Shown here: piece by piece, positions 1 to 9,846 of the stretch
Layout: every line of letters begins with the position of its first letter
How positions within the stretch are numbered: position 1 is the first letter of the stretch
DNA from: an uncultured delta proteobacterium
GTDB taxonomy: Bacteria; Myxococcota; Myxococcia; Myxococcales; Myxococcaceae
Assembly (NCBI GenBank): GCA_963713045.1
Contig: CAVQKE010000001.1
Span: 544,001-608,000 of the forward strand
Reading direction: 5' to 3'
DNA: 64,000 nucleotides
Program-made: the position numbers and the translations under genes
Notes under the pieces: generated by a model
The model's database searches: none
What the model was told of the DNA's origin: nothing
What the model saw: the letters and a program-made list of their open reading frames with translations, nothing else

Positions 1-336
1 AACGTCAAGAGCGCCCCCTCCGGCAGTTCTGCCGCAGTGGGTCAGCCGAGCGGCGTCGCCACCGCCAGCCGCAGCTGGCTGTACGCCTACCCGAATGGCT
101 CGGTTCCGAGCTTCGTGCCGGACCAGCAAGGCACCTACGTGCTTCACCTGACGGCCACCCTCGTGGAAGCCGACAGGGTGTACCCCAACTCCAACCAAGC
201 AAGCGCGGACCTCACGGTGAACGTGGGTCAAGGCACCAGCGCAGCCACCGGCTGCAGCGCGCTTCCGTTTGGGGCTCCGGTCGCAGGCATGGCGCTGGTC
301 GCTCTCGGCCTGCTGGCGCGTCGCCGTCGGAAGTAG
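1..336 (+). CDS. mtsC: MtsC-like cell-cohesion surface protein, C-terminal fragment with MYXO-CTERM sorting signal (5' truncated by window)
   Basis: Frame 1 is open from base 1 (NVKSAPSGSSAAVGQPSG...). It ends GCSALPFGAPVAGMALVALGLLARRRRK (GC motif, TM helix, basic tail = MYXO-CTERM) and lies directly upstream of two VWA/TSP3 lipoproteins, as in mts loci. Confidence 0.7.
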   Translation, partial: NVKSAPSGSSAAVGQPSGVATASRSWLYAYPNGSVPSFVPDQQGTYVLHLTATLVEADRVYPNSNQASADLTVNVGQGTSAATGCSALPFGAPVAGMALVALGLLARRRRK

Positions 337-394
337 TCTTCAGCGACTGCGGCTCGGGGGGTTTCTCTTCACCCCAGAAGGACGTGATGGAGCC

Positions 395-2398
395 GTGAAT
401 TTGAAATCCTCCGCAGTGCTCACCACGGCGACCCTGTCGGTCGCCGTGGTGTTGTCGTCTTGTACCAATGCCGCGCTGGAGAAGCCGGGCGGCCCTGCCA
501 CCACGCTCGACAACCAGCTGACACTCACTGGCCGGGTCTGCACCCAGCCGCCGAACCCGAACGGCTTTCCAGTCAAAGTCCTCTTCTTGGTCGACCAATC
601 CGGGTCGATGTGCATCTCCGACCCGCCCGGCAGTCAGGGTGCGGCTGGCCTCTGCGAAGAGCTCGTCCAGTTGGGCATCGTCCCGGCGAACCTGACGACG
701 CCGGCGCGGGTGCGGGCCATCGAGTCTCTCCTCACGCAGTTTCAAAACGAGATTACCAACCAGGGCGCAAACATCAGCATCTCCATCGTCCCGTACTCGA
801 CCAACGTTCAAAACCCCTACCCCGTCGCGGGGTCGGTTCCAGGCTTCGTGACGCCGTTTGGGCTGACCGGTTACCTCAGCGCGCTTCAAGGTCAGCTGGG
901 AAAGGGAACGGATGACCAGGGAGCGCTGTCCTACGCCTACAGTGTGATCGCCGCCGATGTGGCGGCGACCTACCAAAGCAATCCGGAGCTTCTGCCGCGG
1001 ACCCGTTACGTCGTGGTGTGGCTCACCGATGGGACGCCATATCCTCGCTGCGCCGCAAACGACAATCTGCCGGAATATGCTGACCCCCAGCACCCCTATC
1101 TCATCTGGCAGGACGAAGACCCCGACTTCTGCAACGTCGCAGGTTCAACCGGACCCGACGCCATCAACGGCTTCGTGGTGGGAACGGACCGCAACCAGAA
1201 CTACCAAATCTTCAGCTACGTCGACCAGCTGATGAGCCTCAAGTCGACCTACAACCTGGGCGACATTCGACTGGATACCGTCCTGCTCTTCAATCAGGCG
1301 GCAGTGCAAGCCTGCGGAACAATCTGCGAGGACATCTACGGCGTGTACCCCAACACGCCGGTGGCCCAGTATCCGGCAGCCGCCCACCAGGTTGCTCAGT
1401 GGCTGCTGACCCAAGTGGCGCTGCGAGGCAACGGCGTCTACCAAGAGTTTATCGACGGCGACATTCAGGACTTGGGGCTCGGAGCTCTGGACTACAGCTC
1501 CCTCGCTTCCCGCAACGTGGTGAAGAATCTCATCGTCCAGGCGCTGCGCAGCGAGCCCGCGGTGACGATGCGAGCGGTGGACAGCGACGGGGACGGTCTC
1601 ATTGATAGCGCCGACCAGGCCTATCTCTACCCCGGCTCAGTCCTCAGCCCCTATGTTCTAGACAGCAACCAGGACGGGTTCAGCGACCGATTCGAAGTGC
1701 TCCACCAGTCGGACGGCTTCATCCCAGGCAACCCGGTCAAGGACCTGCGGGGGTGCGATCCCACGCGCACCGCGACGCTCGGGTGCGTCTCCTTCACCGA
1801 CACCGACGGGGATGGCCTGACCAGCTGGGAGGAGGCCTATCTCGGAACGCATCCCAACATCGTCGACTCGGACTCGGACGGCATTCCCGACGGAATTGAG
1901 GTCCGTTATGGCTTGGACCCGCTGGTCACCAACGTGGGCAAGGACACCGACTCCGACGGCATCAGCGACATCGACGAAATCCGCGGCGGCACCGACCCTT
2001 CCACACCTGACCGCGCTTTGTACGACTCGACCGCCATGCAATACACCTTTGTGGCCACTGTCCAAGCGGACAACAGCGTCTGCTACGATTACTCGGTGAG
2101 TAACATCCAGCTGGTCACTCCCCCTGACAATGTCAGCGCCGTGGAGGGGTTCAACCTCTTCAAGGTGTGGTTCGACGAGGCACCGGAGAGTGCCGTCGCA
2201 ACCGACTACGGCGTGTGGAAGGTTGCCTGCGCTTGGGCCCAATACTCCCCAGCGCTTGGTGGGGCCACTGGGGTGCGTGTGCCGGCAGGTCCCAGCCTCA
2301 CCATCAACGACGCCAATTTTTATCCACCGAGTCAGTTGATTTATCCGAGCCAATATCAAGGCAATCCCAATCGGTGTGTGGGTATCGCGCCTCCATGA
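395..2398 (+). CDS. mtsD: MtsD-like lipoprotein: VWA (MIDAS) domain + thrombospondin type-3-like Ca-binding repeats
   Basis: Start GTG395 or TTG401 (GGAG at 389-392). Lipobox LSSC; MIDAS FLVDQSGSM and TDG; repeats DSDGDGLID, DSNQDGFSD, DTDGDGLTS, DSDSDGIPD, DTDSDGISD. Confidence 0.8.
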   Translation: MNLKSSAVLTTATLSVAVVLSSCTNAALEKPGGPATTLDNQLTLTGRVCTQPPNPNGFPVKVLFLVDQSGSMCISDPPGSQGAAGLCEELVQLGIVPANLTTPARVRAIESLLTQFQNEITNQGANISISIVPYSTNVQNPYPVAGSVPGFVTPFGLTGYLSALQGQLGKGTDDQGALSYAYSVIAADVAATYQSNPELLPRTRYVVVWLTDGTPYPRCAANDNLPEYADPQHPYLIWQDEDPDFCNVAGSTGPDAINGFVVGTDRNQNYQIFSYVDQLMSLKSTYNLGDIRLDTVLLFNQAAVQACGTICEDIYGVYPNTPVAQYPAAAHQVAQWLLTQVALRGNGVYQEFIDGDIQDLGLGALDYSSLASRNVVKNLIVQALRSEPAVTMRAVDSDGDGLIDSADQAYLYPGSVLSPYVLDSNQDGFSDRFEVLHQSDGFIPGNPVKDLRGCDPTRTATLGCVSFTDTDGDGLTSWEEAYLGTHPNIVDSDSDGIPDGIEVRYGLDPLVTNVGKDTDSDGISDIDEIRGGTDPSTPDRALYDSTAMQYTFVATVQADNSVCYDYSVSNIQLVTPPDNVSAVEGFNLFKVWFDEAPESAVATDYGVWKVACAWAQYSPALGGATGVRVPAGPSLTINDANFYPPSQLIYPSQYQGNPNRCVGIAPP

Positions 2399-4209
2399 CC
2401 AGCGGGGGGCGTTCCATTGTCGTCTCGCTCGCCACCGCCGGCATTCTGGTGGCCGCTGCTTGCACCAACAGCTATCTGTACGACCAGGAAGTTCTGACAG
2501 TACTTCCGGTCGACCGTACGGTGGCCATCGACGGCCATTTCTGCACCTACGGCGCCAACGACGTCATCGACCCAATCAAGATTCTCTTCGTTCTCGACGC
2601 CTCCCAGTCGATGCGTGTCACGGACCCCGACGGAACACGGGCCCTCGCCGTGGTGCAACTCTTGAACTCACTCCCGCAAGACCCGGAGATTTACTTCGCG
2701 GTGATGCTCTTCGCTGGTAGCACGACCGCTTTTTTGACCAAGAGCGGCCTCGCGGAGTTCGAGCAACTCATCACCTACAGCCAAGCTGACTACAACGTCT
2801 TGGTGGATAAGATTCTCAATTACACCAGCCCCGACCCCAATCGCGACTCGACTGACTTCGTCAAAGCCCTGGCGGAGGTCTATACAGTCGTCAGTACCGA
2901 CATCTCCGCGGCGCAGGTCGGGGTGGCCGATGGCGGGTTCGGGGGGACTGCTCCGGGCCGCTACTCCATCATCTTTCTTTCGGACGGTGCCCCGACCTTC
3001 AATCAGAATGCCCAGCTGCTACCGCCCGGAACCTCGGTGACCAGCATCCGGCAGCTGTCCATCCTCGTCGACAACGTTCAGCTCAACACCGTCCATGTCT
3101 TTGACCCCACCATCCCGCCCAGTAGCCTCTGCGACTTGAGCGGCGACGGCGGCTGCCCACTGCTCATCATCAATCAGGATGCAGAGCTCCTGAAGCAGAT
3201 GGCCTTTTACGGGGGAGGCAATTTCCGAGACTTCGAGAACCACGAACCGGTGAATTTCCTCAATTTCAGCCTGGGCGCCGTACGGCAGGCCTACGTCATC
3301 AAGGACGTCATGGCCACCAACCTGAACGCCCCTGTGGAAAGCCCCGCGGCACCGCCCAATTGGGATGGTGGCCCGACCGACGCAGCAGACTCGGACGGCG
3401 ACGGGCTGACCGACGCTCAGGAAATTAAGCTCGGCACCGACCCCAACAATCCCGACACCGACGGCGATGGATTCAGCGACGGCGTGGAGGTGTATTTCGC
3501 GGCGCGCGGCGCAAGCTTCAATCCCCTGGTTGCCGACCCGGGCTGTCCAGCCGCCCTCCACGGTGTCGATTCGGACTGCGACTTACTGACGGATTGTGAC
3601 GAGCAGGTCATCGGCACAAATTCGCAAATTCAAGACTCGGACAGCGACGGGGTCCCTGACGGAGTGGAATGGCAGATTGGGACTCAGCCGGCTTCTCCCG
3701 ACATGACCGAGGACCCGGACGGGGATGGCCTGATTAACGACCAAGAGGTCCACCTGCACATGAACCCAGTGGTCGCCGACTCGCAGCTGGTCACCGACAA
3801 CGGGTACCGCTACACCATCGAGACCGATGGCCCGGTCGACTTGAATGGCCGCCAGTGTTACCACGTGCGGGTCGACAACATTGCGCTTGCCCCAACCATC
3901 GCCTACCGCCCCGACGGCGGGATGAATCTGCCGGATGGGGGCGTGGCCTTTCAGGCGGACGGTGGCTTCCTCTTCGCTGACGGGGGCACCGGCTGGGGGC
4001 CCGGCTGGAATTCCTTGCTCCTCACCGTCACGCAGGTGCCAACGGACAATCCGAGCGCCCGACCTATCGTGACCTCGTACCACGGCGTCCGCGTGGCCCG
4101 CTATCCGGTGGGCGGCATCAAGCTTCCCGTGGACGGAGTCATCACGGTCGAACCTTCGGATTTTCAAAACGGCTGCGTTGCCGCCTTTCCTGCGGACGCG
4201 GGCCCGTGA
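2395..4209 (+). CDS. mtsE: MtsE-like lipoprotein: VWA (MIDAS) domain + TSP3-like repeats; paralogue of the preceding gene
   Basis: ATGA overlap with the upstream stop. Lipobox-like AAAC; MIDAS FVLDASQSM and SDG; repeats DSDGDGLTD, DTDGDGFSD, DSDCDLLTD, DSDSDGVPD, DPDGDGLIN. Confidence 0.78.
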   Translation: MTSGGRSIVVSLATAGILVAAACTNSYLYDQEVLTVLPVDRTVAIDGHFCTYGANDVIDPIKILFVLDASQSMRVTDPDGTRALAVVQLLNSLPQDPEIYFAVMLFAGSTTAFLTKSGLAEFEQLITYSQADYNVLVDKILNYTSPDPNRDSTDFVKALAEVYTVVSTDISAAQVGVADGGFGGTAPGRYSIIFLSDGAPTFNQNAQLLPPGTSVTSIRQLSILVDNVQLNTVHVFDPTIPPSSLCDLSGDGGCPLLIINQDAELLKQMAFYGGGNFRDFENHEPVNFLNFSLGAVRQAYVIKDVMATNLNAPVESPAAPPNWDGGPTDAADSDGDGLTDAQEIKLGTDPNNPDTDGDGFSDGVEVYFAARGASFNPLVADPGCPAALHGVDSDCDLLTDCDEQVIGTNSQIQDSDSDGVPDGVEWQIGTQPASPDMTEDPDGDGLINDQEVHLHMNPVVADSQLVTDNGYRYTIETDGPVDLNGRQCYHVRVDNIALAPTIAYRPDGGMNLPDGGVAFQADGGFLFADGGTGWGPGWNSLLLTVTQVPTDNPSARPIVTSYHGVRVARYPVGGIKLPVDGVITVEPSDFQNGCVAAFPADAGP

Positions 4210-6632
4210 CCGGGCGGGGCGAGATTCCAACCGCCCGGAGGAGACACCACCGCCGGGGCAGTCCGACGGGAATCGGCCTGGTGCTTCTGTCTCTCTCTTC
4301 GCTGAGCGCCTGCACAGGCAACGTCAGCTCTCTGCCCCTGGGGAATACCCTTCCGCCCACCGTCTGTACCTCCGCCGACGCGGCACTCAACAATCCAGCC
4401 TGCCAGCTGACGCTGGGCGTGTGGACGCAGAATTACATCGCCTATCCCCAGGAGCAGTATTGGTATGGCGCAAAAGTTGGGGCCTTGGACGCGGGAAGCA
4501 TTGGTCACATCATCGCCGGATACTTCCCACCCGCCGACGCAGATGCTGGCTGGGACCCGCCACCGTATGCCGATGGCAGTCCCTACGGCGGCGACGGTGG
4601 TAACATCCCCTCGCTGCTTCCCAATTGTCAGGACGTCAATTTCAACACTGCCGTCAACCTGACGCTCAACGTCGTGAAGCAGGATGGAGAGACCAGCATC
4701 ACCACCGCTTCGGATTTGCATGGGCAAAGTTGCCCAGTTCCGATGGACACCACCTTTCGATACACCGAGTCCGACACCAGCCTGATTGTCGTCCTGGAGG
4801 ACAACACTGAAACTGGAGTCGACCCCAAACACGAATTCAGCGTCTGGCTCGACATGCTGAACGACCCGGACGTCAATGAGCCGAACGACACCCCCGCGAC
4901 CGCGACGCCGATTACGCTCACCACCACCGGCGGTGTGGCGAGCGGCCAGAGTGGCGGGTACCTGGCGACTCCCGGCGACCTCGACTACTTCGTCGTTCAA
5001 TCCCCGGGAGCGAATTACGTCCTCTGGCTCGAGCTGTCCCAGGACCCGTCGTCACCCTCGCCTCCACCCCACCCGTACCGGCTCCAGTACAATATTTACG
5101 GACCCGACGGGGTGACACAGGTCTCCACCGGAGCAGCCCAGGCTGGGTCGCAATTTTCGGCCAATGCTGTGTCCATCGGCACCGCCATTCTTCTTCAGCA
5201 GACCGGCCCCTACTACATCCAGGTCGATGGCTACCGCGACTCGACCACCGTCGGTGCCATCCCTGGCAGCTTGACGTACAAATACCAGCTGAAGGTGATT
5301 GTCGTTCCCTTGCAGGACCCGACTGAAGGGACGGCGCCGAACTACAACAACAGCTTTGCGTACGCGTACCCGGTCAACGGCGGGGCCGCGCTGGCCCTGG
5401 GCGGTAATGCGATGGTGACCGGCCGCACAAGTTATGTCGCGGACCAGGACTGGTATTCCATCACGCTGGCCGCAGACCCCGGGCTTGGGCTGTTGCATTA
5501 CAAGCTGACGCCCAACCAGAGCGCGGGCCGGTTCCCGCCACTCCCGACGCCGCCGAGCCGCGATTTGTTTGTGTACACGGTGACGCCCGATGTCCCCAGT
5601 TGCACCGCGCCAGACGCCGGCATCTGCTTAGACAGCATCACCCTCCCCGGTGGTTCCACGTCGTGGAATATTGCGCACGGCGCATGTGGCGAGATTCCGC
5701 CGAAGTGTTTGGAGTCGTACCGTGAGGAAGCCCTTCCCAACGCTCCTCCCCCACCGCTTCTCAACTTGGTCAACTTCGAGTCCGTGCTCCAAGTCCCGCC
5801 GCACGCCTCGCCGGTGACCTACTACTTCTTCCTGCAACCAAATGGCGACCTCCAGCAAAACGACGGCCATTGGGCAGACGACCGGGATTACACGATTCTT
5901 TTCGAGTACCTCGCAGAGCCGGACTCGCTCGAAGGCATCCCCGACCCAATCCGGCCCTCGACCCTTCCGCCAGCCCCTGGCGGCCCGATTGTCGGCGTCC
6001 CCGTCTACCTCAGCTTTGGTGTGGGGGAACCCAATCCAAACAATCCAAACATGCAACCTCCGAACGACGTCATCGTCGGGCCCGACGACTTCGATGGTCG
6101 AGGCAACGACACCGACACCTACCAGGTCGCGCTCCCCTTCGCCGCGCAGCAGGCCTGGGAAATCTCCTGGACCGTTCCCTCCGCGGATGGCATCAACCCG
6201 GACTACGACTTGGGGTTCACTCTCTCCTTCTGTGACACCTCTCCGGACGCCGGGACCGGAGCTCCTCCCTGCTACGCGATGGTCACCAGCAACAGCGGTC
6301 CGGGAATCGCCTACAACCCCAAGCCGTTAGACTCCTGGTGGAACCCCAATGCGAGCGTCATTCCGGATCAGCTCGTCTACACCCAGACCACCGACGGCGG
6401 CATCACCACCACCACCGTGACACCGTATGGTTGTTTTTGCTTCCAGCCGGACTTTGTCAACGCCGCAGGCACCAGCTATTTCTTGATGAGCATTTTCCCG
6501 TTGAACCGAACGTCCTGGGACCTGGTGCCTTACGTCGTGACTGAGTCGTACGGACCCTACCCCTACACGTTCACCAACGCCGCGGGTGGGATGACCAGTT
6601 GTCCGGCCACCTGTGACTTGACCGGCAATTGA
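4206..6632 (+). CDS. mtsF: MtsF-like large acidic, Cys-containing surface lipoprotein
   Basis: GTGA overlap; lipobox LSAC; EPNDTPATAT...DLDYF and DQDWY pre-peptidase-C-like beta-sandwich motifs; position after mtsD/E-like genes. Confidence 0.65.
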   Translation: MTGRGEIPTARRRHHRRGSPTGIGLVLLSLSSLSACTGNVSSLPLGNTLPPTVCTSADAALNNPACQLTLGVWTQNYIAYPQEQYWYGAKVGALDAGSIGHIIAGYFPPADADAGWDPPPYADGSPYGGDGGNIPSLLPNCQDVNFNTAVNLTLNVVKQDGETSITTASDLHGQSCPVPMDTTFRYTESDTSLIVVLEDNTETGVDPKHEFSVWLDMLNDPDVNEPNDTPATATPITLTTTGGVASGQSGGYLATPGDLDYFVVQSPGANYVLWLELSQDPSSPSPPPHPYRLQYNIYGPDGVTQVSTGAAQAGSQFSANAVSIGTAILLQQTGPYYIQVDGYRDSTTVGAIPGSLTYKYQLKVIVVPLQDPTEGTAPNYNNSFAYAYPVNGGAALALGGNAMVTGRTSYVADQDWYSITLAADPGLGLLHYKLTPNQSAGRFPPLPTPPSRDLFVYTVTPDVPSCTAPDAGICLDSITLPGGSTSWNIAHGACGEIPPKCLESYREEALPNAPPPPLLNLVNFESVLQVPPHASPVTYYFFLQPNGDLQQNDGHWADDRDYTILFEYLAEPDSLEGIPDPIRPSTLPPAPGGPIVGVPVYLSFGVGEPNPNNPNMQPPNDVIVGPDDFDGRGNDTDTYQVALPFAAQQAWEISWTVPSADGINPDYDLGFTLSFCDTSPDAGTGAPPCYAMVTSNSGPGIAYNPKPLDSWWNPNASVIPDQLVYTQTTDGGITTTTVTPYGCFCFQPDFVNAAGTSYFLMSIFPLNRTSWDLVPYVVTESYGPYPYTFTNAAGGMTSCPATCDLTGN

Positions 6633-6638
6633 TGCATT

Positions 6639-7130
6639 TCATCCGCCGTCAGGAATGCCACCGTCCGGAAGTATCGGAAGACCAATGCACTGAACGTAAA
6701 TGGTCAGGTCAGGCAGGTTGGAGGCATTGCTCTTGATGTTCACGCTTCCGTTGTACGTCTCCTTCATCTCTGGGGTCGTGACGACAGGCGTGCAGGTCAT
6801 CTCCACCACCAGGTTTTGGTCGTAGGCAATGGTGGCCGGCAGCATCGAGGGTGTAACCCCGGGCATCAGCGTGATGGCCGGATCCCCGGTGTAGGTGACA
6901 CTGCTCACCACCATCCCTTGAGAACCGATGTTTTGAACTGTAAAGCTAAGAAAGGCCGACTCTCCAATGAGCACGTCTTCTCCACCGTTGACGTTGGTGA
7001 ACGGAGCCGGAGTCGACTGGGTGCCCTGGATGGATGGCTGGGCGGTGGGCAGAGCCGGGACAGAATTGGTACCGCAGGCGAAGGCTGCTGCGATGAGGGC
7101 AGACAGCGAGGAGAAGACGAAAACGCGCAT
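6639..7130 (-). CDS. Lipoprotein with single Ig-like (ASH/HYDIN-like) domain
   Basis: MRVFVFSSLSALIAAAFAC lipoprotein signal (alternative ATG at 7136). TVQNIGSQGMVVSSV...CTP...YNGSVNIKSNA pattern; ends LPDGGIPDGG. Confidence 0.7.
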   Translation of the reverse strand: MRVFVFSSLSALIAAAFACGTNSVPALPTAQPSIQGTQSTPAPFTNVNGGEDVLIGESAFLSFTVQNIGSQGMVVSSVTYTGDPAITLMPGVTPSMLPATIAYDQNLVVEMTCTPVVTTPEMKETYNGSVNIKSNASNLPDLTIYVQCIGLPILPDGGIPDGG

Positions 7131-7185
7131 GTGCATAGGTGAAACGCTACCAGCCCGGTCGAGTGCTCGCCAGGCACTGACTTGG

Positions 7186-7647
7186 GTGGTCCTTCTGCCG
7201 CTGGTGTGGGTGCTGTACGGTTGCAGCAGCCCGACGGACGACTTCATCGGGGCCAGAGTCCTCGACCCCTGCAACAGCAGCTGGCCGATTTGTGACGGCT
7301 ACGGCAGCTGCATCCTCGGCCCAGAGAGCTACACCGAGGGCAACCTTCCGGGTCAGGGTAACATTATTGTCCAAACGCTCGCCGACAGCAGCAATGTCAC
7401 ACTCAGCTTTCTTTTCTCCAACCTCACTGCAGCTGGCGGCACCTTCTCCATTGTCTTTTACGAGCCAGGTTGTGTCGGGACCGTCAGCGTCGATGTGCCC
7501 GGCCAGACGGTGGCTGAGGAATCGCAGTCCCTCGGGGTCTTCGCGCGAAGCGCGCAACTGGTTGCTGGAGACCACCTGGTGACGTACCAGTCCACCACCG
7601 CCGCCTATTACCTACTCAAGGTGGACGTCACGCCGCTGAATGACTGA
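7186..7647 (+). CDS. Uncharacterised Cys-containing lipoprotein (start uncertain, 7129 or 7186)
   Basis: VVLLPLVWVLYGC lipobox, then DPCNSSWPICDGYGSC. Same orientation as the mts genes. Confidence 0.65.
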   Translation: MVLLPLVWVLYGCSSPTDDFIGARVLDPCNSSWPICDGYGSCILGPESYTEGNLPGQGNIIVQTLADSSNVTLSFLFSNLTAAGGTFSIVFYEPGCVGTVSVDVPGQTVAEESQSLGVFARSAQLVAGDHLVTYQSTTAAYYLLKVDVTPLND

Positions 7648-8075
7648 ACCGGGGGCATGCCGACGCAGGTCAGGTACACCACGGCGACCGGAGAGTTGAC
7701 GGCGTTGCTGGTGATGGTCACCGTGCCGGCGTAGTTGGCCAAGGCGGGCGGCGTACAAACCAGCGGGACCAGGAATTCCTGGTTGAAGCTCAGCGACGCC
7801 GGCAGTGGCTGGGCGAATGCCTCGAGCGCCATCGCCGGGTCCCCACCGTAGACCACCGTCTGCACCGCGAGACTCTCGGTGCCGGCATTCAGCGCGCCGA
7901 ATGCGAAATATCCCGTCGTCCCGACAGTGACACCTTGGGCCTCGTTGAAGAAGACAGGGGCTTCGGGGCTGCTGGTGAAGGGAAGTTGCAGCGTGGGGGC
8001 ATCGGGCGGGGACGCCGCCCCACAGCCCGCCAGGCTGAGTAGAACCAGTACGAAGGCTTGTGCGCGGAGCTGCAC
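7608..8075 (-). CDS. Lipoprotein with single Ig-like domain, paralogue of 6639-7130
   Basis: GTG8075; lipobox LAGC. YGGDPAM...LPASL...CTP...YAGTVTITSNAVN...YLTCVG aligns with the paralogue's YTGDPAI...LPATI...CTP...YNGSVNIKSNASN...YVQCIG. Confidence 0.7.
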   Translation of the reverse strand: MQLRAQAFVLVLLSLAGCGAASPPDAPTLQLPFTSSPEAPVFFNEAQGVTVGTTGYFAFGALNAGTESLAVQTVVYGGDPAMALEAFAQPLPASLSFNQEFLVPLVCTPPALANYAGTVTITSNAVNSPVAVVYLTCVGMPPVQSFSGVTSTLSR

Positions 8076-8163
8076 ACCCAGGAAGGTACCAGCCGTCTGT
8101 TGGGTGGCCAAGCAAGTCCGAAGGCCAACGGCCTGCAGCCTCCCCCTTGGGGGGTTTCCCCGC

Positions 8164-9840
8164 CTAGCCCTTGAGGGCGCTGCTCCCATCGCGCTTCAGT
8201 CGACGCGACAACCGGTCCGCCACTCGGTAGGCGTTGGCGATGATGGTCAGCGTCAGGGGCACACCACCGCTGGTGGGCATGAAGCTGCCATCGACCACAT
8301 AAAGATTGGGAACCTCGTGCGCGCGACACTCCGGGTCCAAAACGCTCGACGCCGCGTCCCGGCCAAAACGACAGGTGCCAGCCTGGAGGATGGTCGTCTC
8401 ACCGTACTGGTTGAGGCGGGTCACCTCGTCCGGGTCCATCGCACGGAGAATCTCCTCGCCCCGCTCAACCAAAAAGCGCACCACCTTGAAGTCCACCGGA
8501 TGCCGGACGGTGGTGATGGCTGCCACGGGCAGGCCGTATTTGTCGGTGACGCTCGGGTCGACCGTCACCGAGGTGTTGGGGTTGGGCAAGTACTCGGCGT
8601 AGGTCTCGAACTGCAGCATCTTGCTGTCCCGGTAGGCGCGGAGTTTGTCTTTCAGCGCCAGGCCGAAGACGCCCTTCTCGCCGGTGCTGGCCAAGTCACT
8701 GGCGGCAGCAATGGGGTTGGGGTGTTCCCATAAGAATCCGAGGGTGCCGCCCTTGCGAAAGCCTTCCTTGTCGTTGGGCATCGCGTAGAAGTCCTGGACA
8801 CTCCGTTGCACGAAGGGCGCCGAGTCATCCAGCCACGGCCAGCTGGCCTTTCGCTTGGCGATGCGGAAGGTTGCGCGAGAGCGACCGAATCCACTGAACA
8901 TCAGGTTTTTCCCAACCAACCCGGACCCATTGGCGAGGCCGTTTGGGAACCGTGCCGAGCGCGAGTTGAGCAACAGCCGAGCAGTTTCCACCGCGGTGCA
9001 AGCGAGGATGACCAGCTTCGCCGGCTGCTCCTGGTTGACTCCATGTTCATCCTGGTAGACGACACTTCGGGCGCGGCCGTCAGGGCCGACCGTGACTTCC
9101 TTCGCCATACAGCAGCTGCGCAGTTCGGCCTTCCCCGTGGCAAGCATGGCCGGCACCAGCGAAGCCTGGGTGCTGGACTTGGCATCGACTTCGCAGCCGT
9201 AGGAGCCACACAGTGCGCAGTAGGCGCAAGGTGAGCGGCCCCGGTAACTGCGACTGAGGATGGCCCGCGCGGTCGGACTGGCATGCAGTCCGAGGCTCTT
9301 CGCGGCGCGGTCGATTTCATTCGCAATGGGATGCTCTCGCAGCGGCGGAAGTGGGTACGGCTTGCTCCGCGGTTCGGCGAACGGATGGGGGACGGTGACG
9401 CCGCTCACTCCAATTTCTTCCTCGGCCAGCGTGTAGTAGGGCTCGAGGTCAGCGTAGGAAATCGGCCAGTCCTCCACCGTGCTTCCGGGGATGGGCCCGA
9501 AGAGCGAGCGCACTCGGAAGTCCATCGGCTTGAAGCGATAGAAAAAGCCGCTCATGTGCACCGTCCCGCCGCCCACGCAATTGGCCGTCCAGGCCACGTT
9601 GCTGCGTGAGAACTTCCCGTTCGGAGTGGTGCGGTACAAATGGGGTTCTTCCCATGGCACTGGCATGAAAAAAGTCCGCCGAGTCATCCCCACTTCGTCG
9701 TGGACGTACTCACTGACTTTGTAGTCCCTGCCCTTCTCGAGGAGGACCACTTGAAGGCCGGCACGGGCCAATTGGAGCGCGGCCGGTGTGCCGCCGGCAC
9801 CGCTGCCCACCACGATGACGTCGACTGGAGCAAGCGCCAT
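8164..9840 (-). CDS. GMC-family flavoprotein oxidoreductase (gluconate 2-dehydrogenase alpha-like)
   Basis: VIVVGSGAGG FAD-binding motif; VGGGTVH; WPISYADLEPYY; CAYCALCGSYGC cluster; NLYVVDGSFMPTSGGVPLTLTI. Confidence 0.92.
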   Translation of the reverse strand: MALAPVDVIVVGSGAGGTPAALQLARAGLQVVLLEKGRDYKVSEYVHDEVGMTRRTFFMPVPWEEPHLYRTTPNGKFSRSNVAWTANCVGGGTVHMSGFFYRFKPMDFRVRSLFGPIPGSTVEDWPISYADLEPYYTLAEEEIGVSGVTVPHPFAEPRSKPYPLPPLREHPIANEIDRAAKSLGLHASPTARAILSRSYRGRSPCAYCALCGSYGCEVDAKSSTQASLVPAMLATGKAELRSCCMAKEVTVGPDGRARSVVYQDEHGVNQEQPAKLVILACTAVETARLLLNSRSARFPNGLANGSGLVGKNLMFSGFGRSRATFRIAKRKASWPWLDDSAPFVQRSVQDFYAMPNDKEGFRKGGTLGFLWEHPNPIAAASDLASTGEKGVFGLALKDKLRAYRDSKMLQFETYAEYLPNPNTSVTVDPSVTDKYGLPVAAITTVRHPVDFKVVRFLVERGEEILRAMDPDEVTRLNQYGETTILQAGTCRFGRDAASSVLDPECRAHEVPNLYVVDGSFMPTSGGVPLTLTIIANAYRVADRLSRRLKRDGSSALKG

Positions 9841-9846
9841 GCTGGC

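Noticed and set aside
269..394. Upstream extensions given by the ORF track (also 2167, 9847-10683, 11947, 22289, 48392, 50839, 58822)
   Set aside because: They overlap neighbouring genes; downstream starts give proper signal peptides, RBSs or stop-start coupling.
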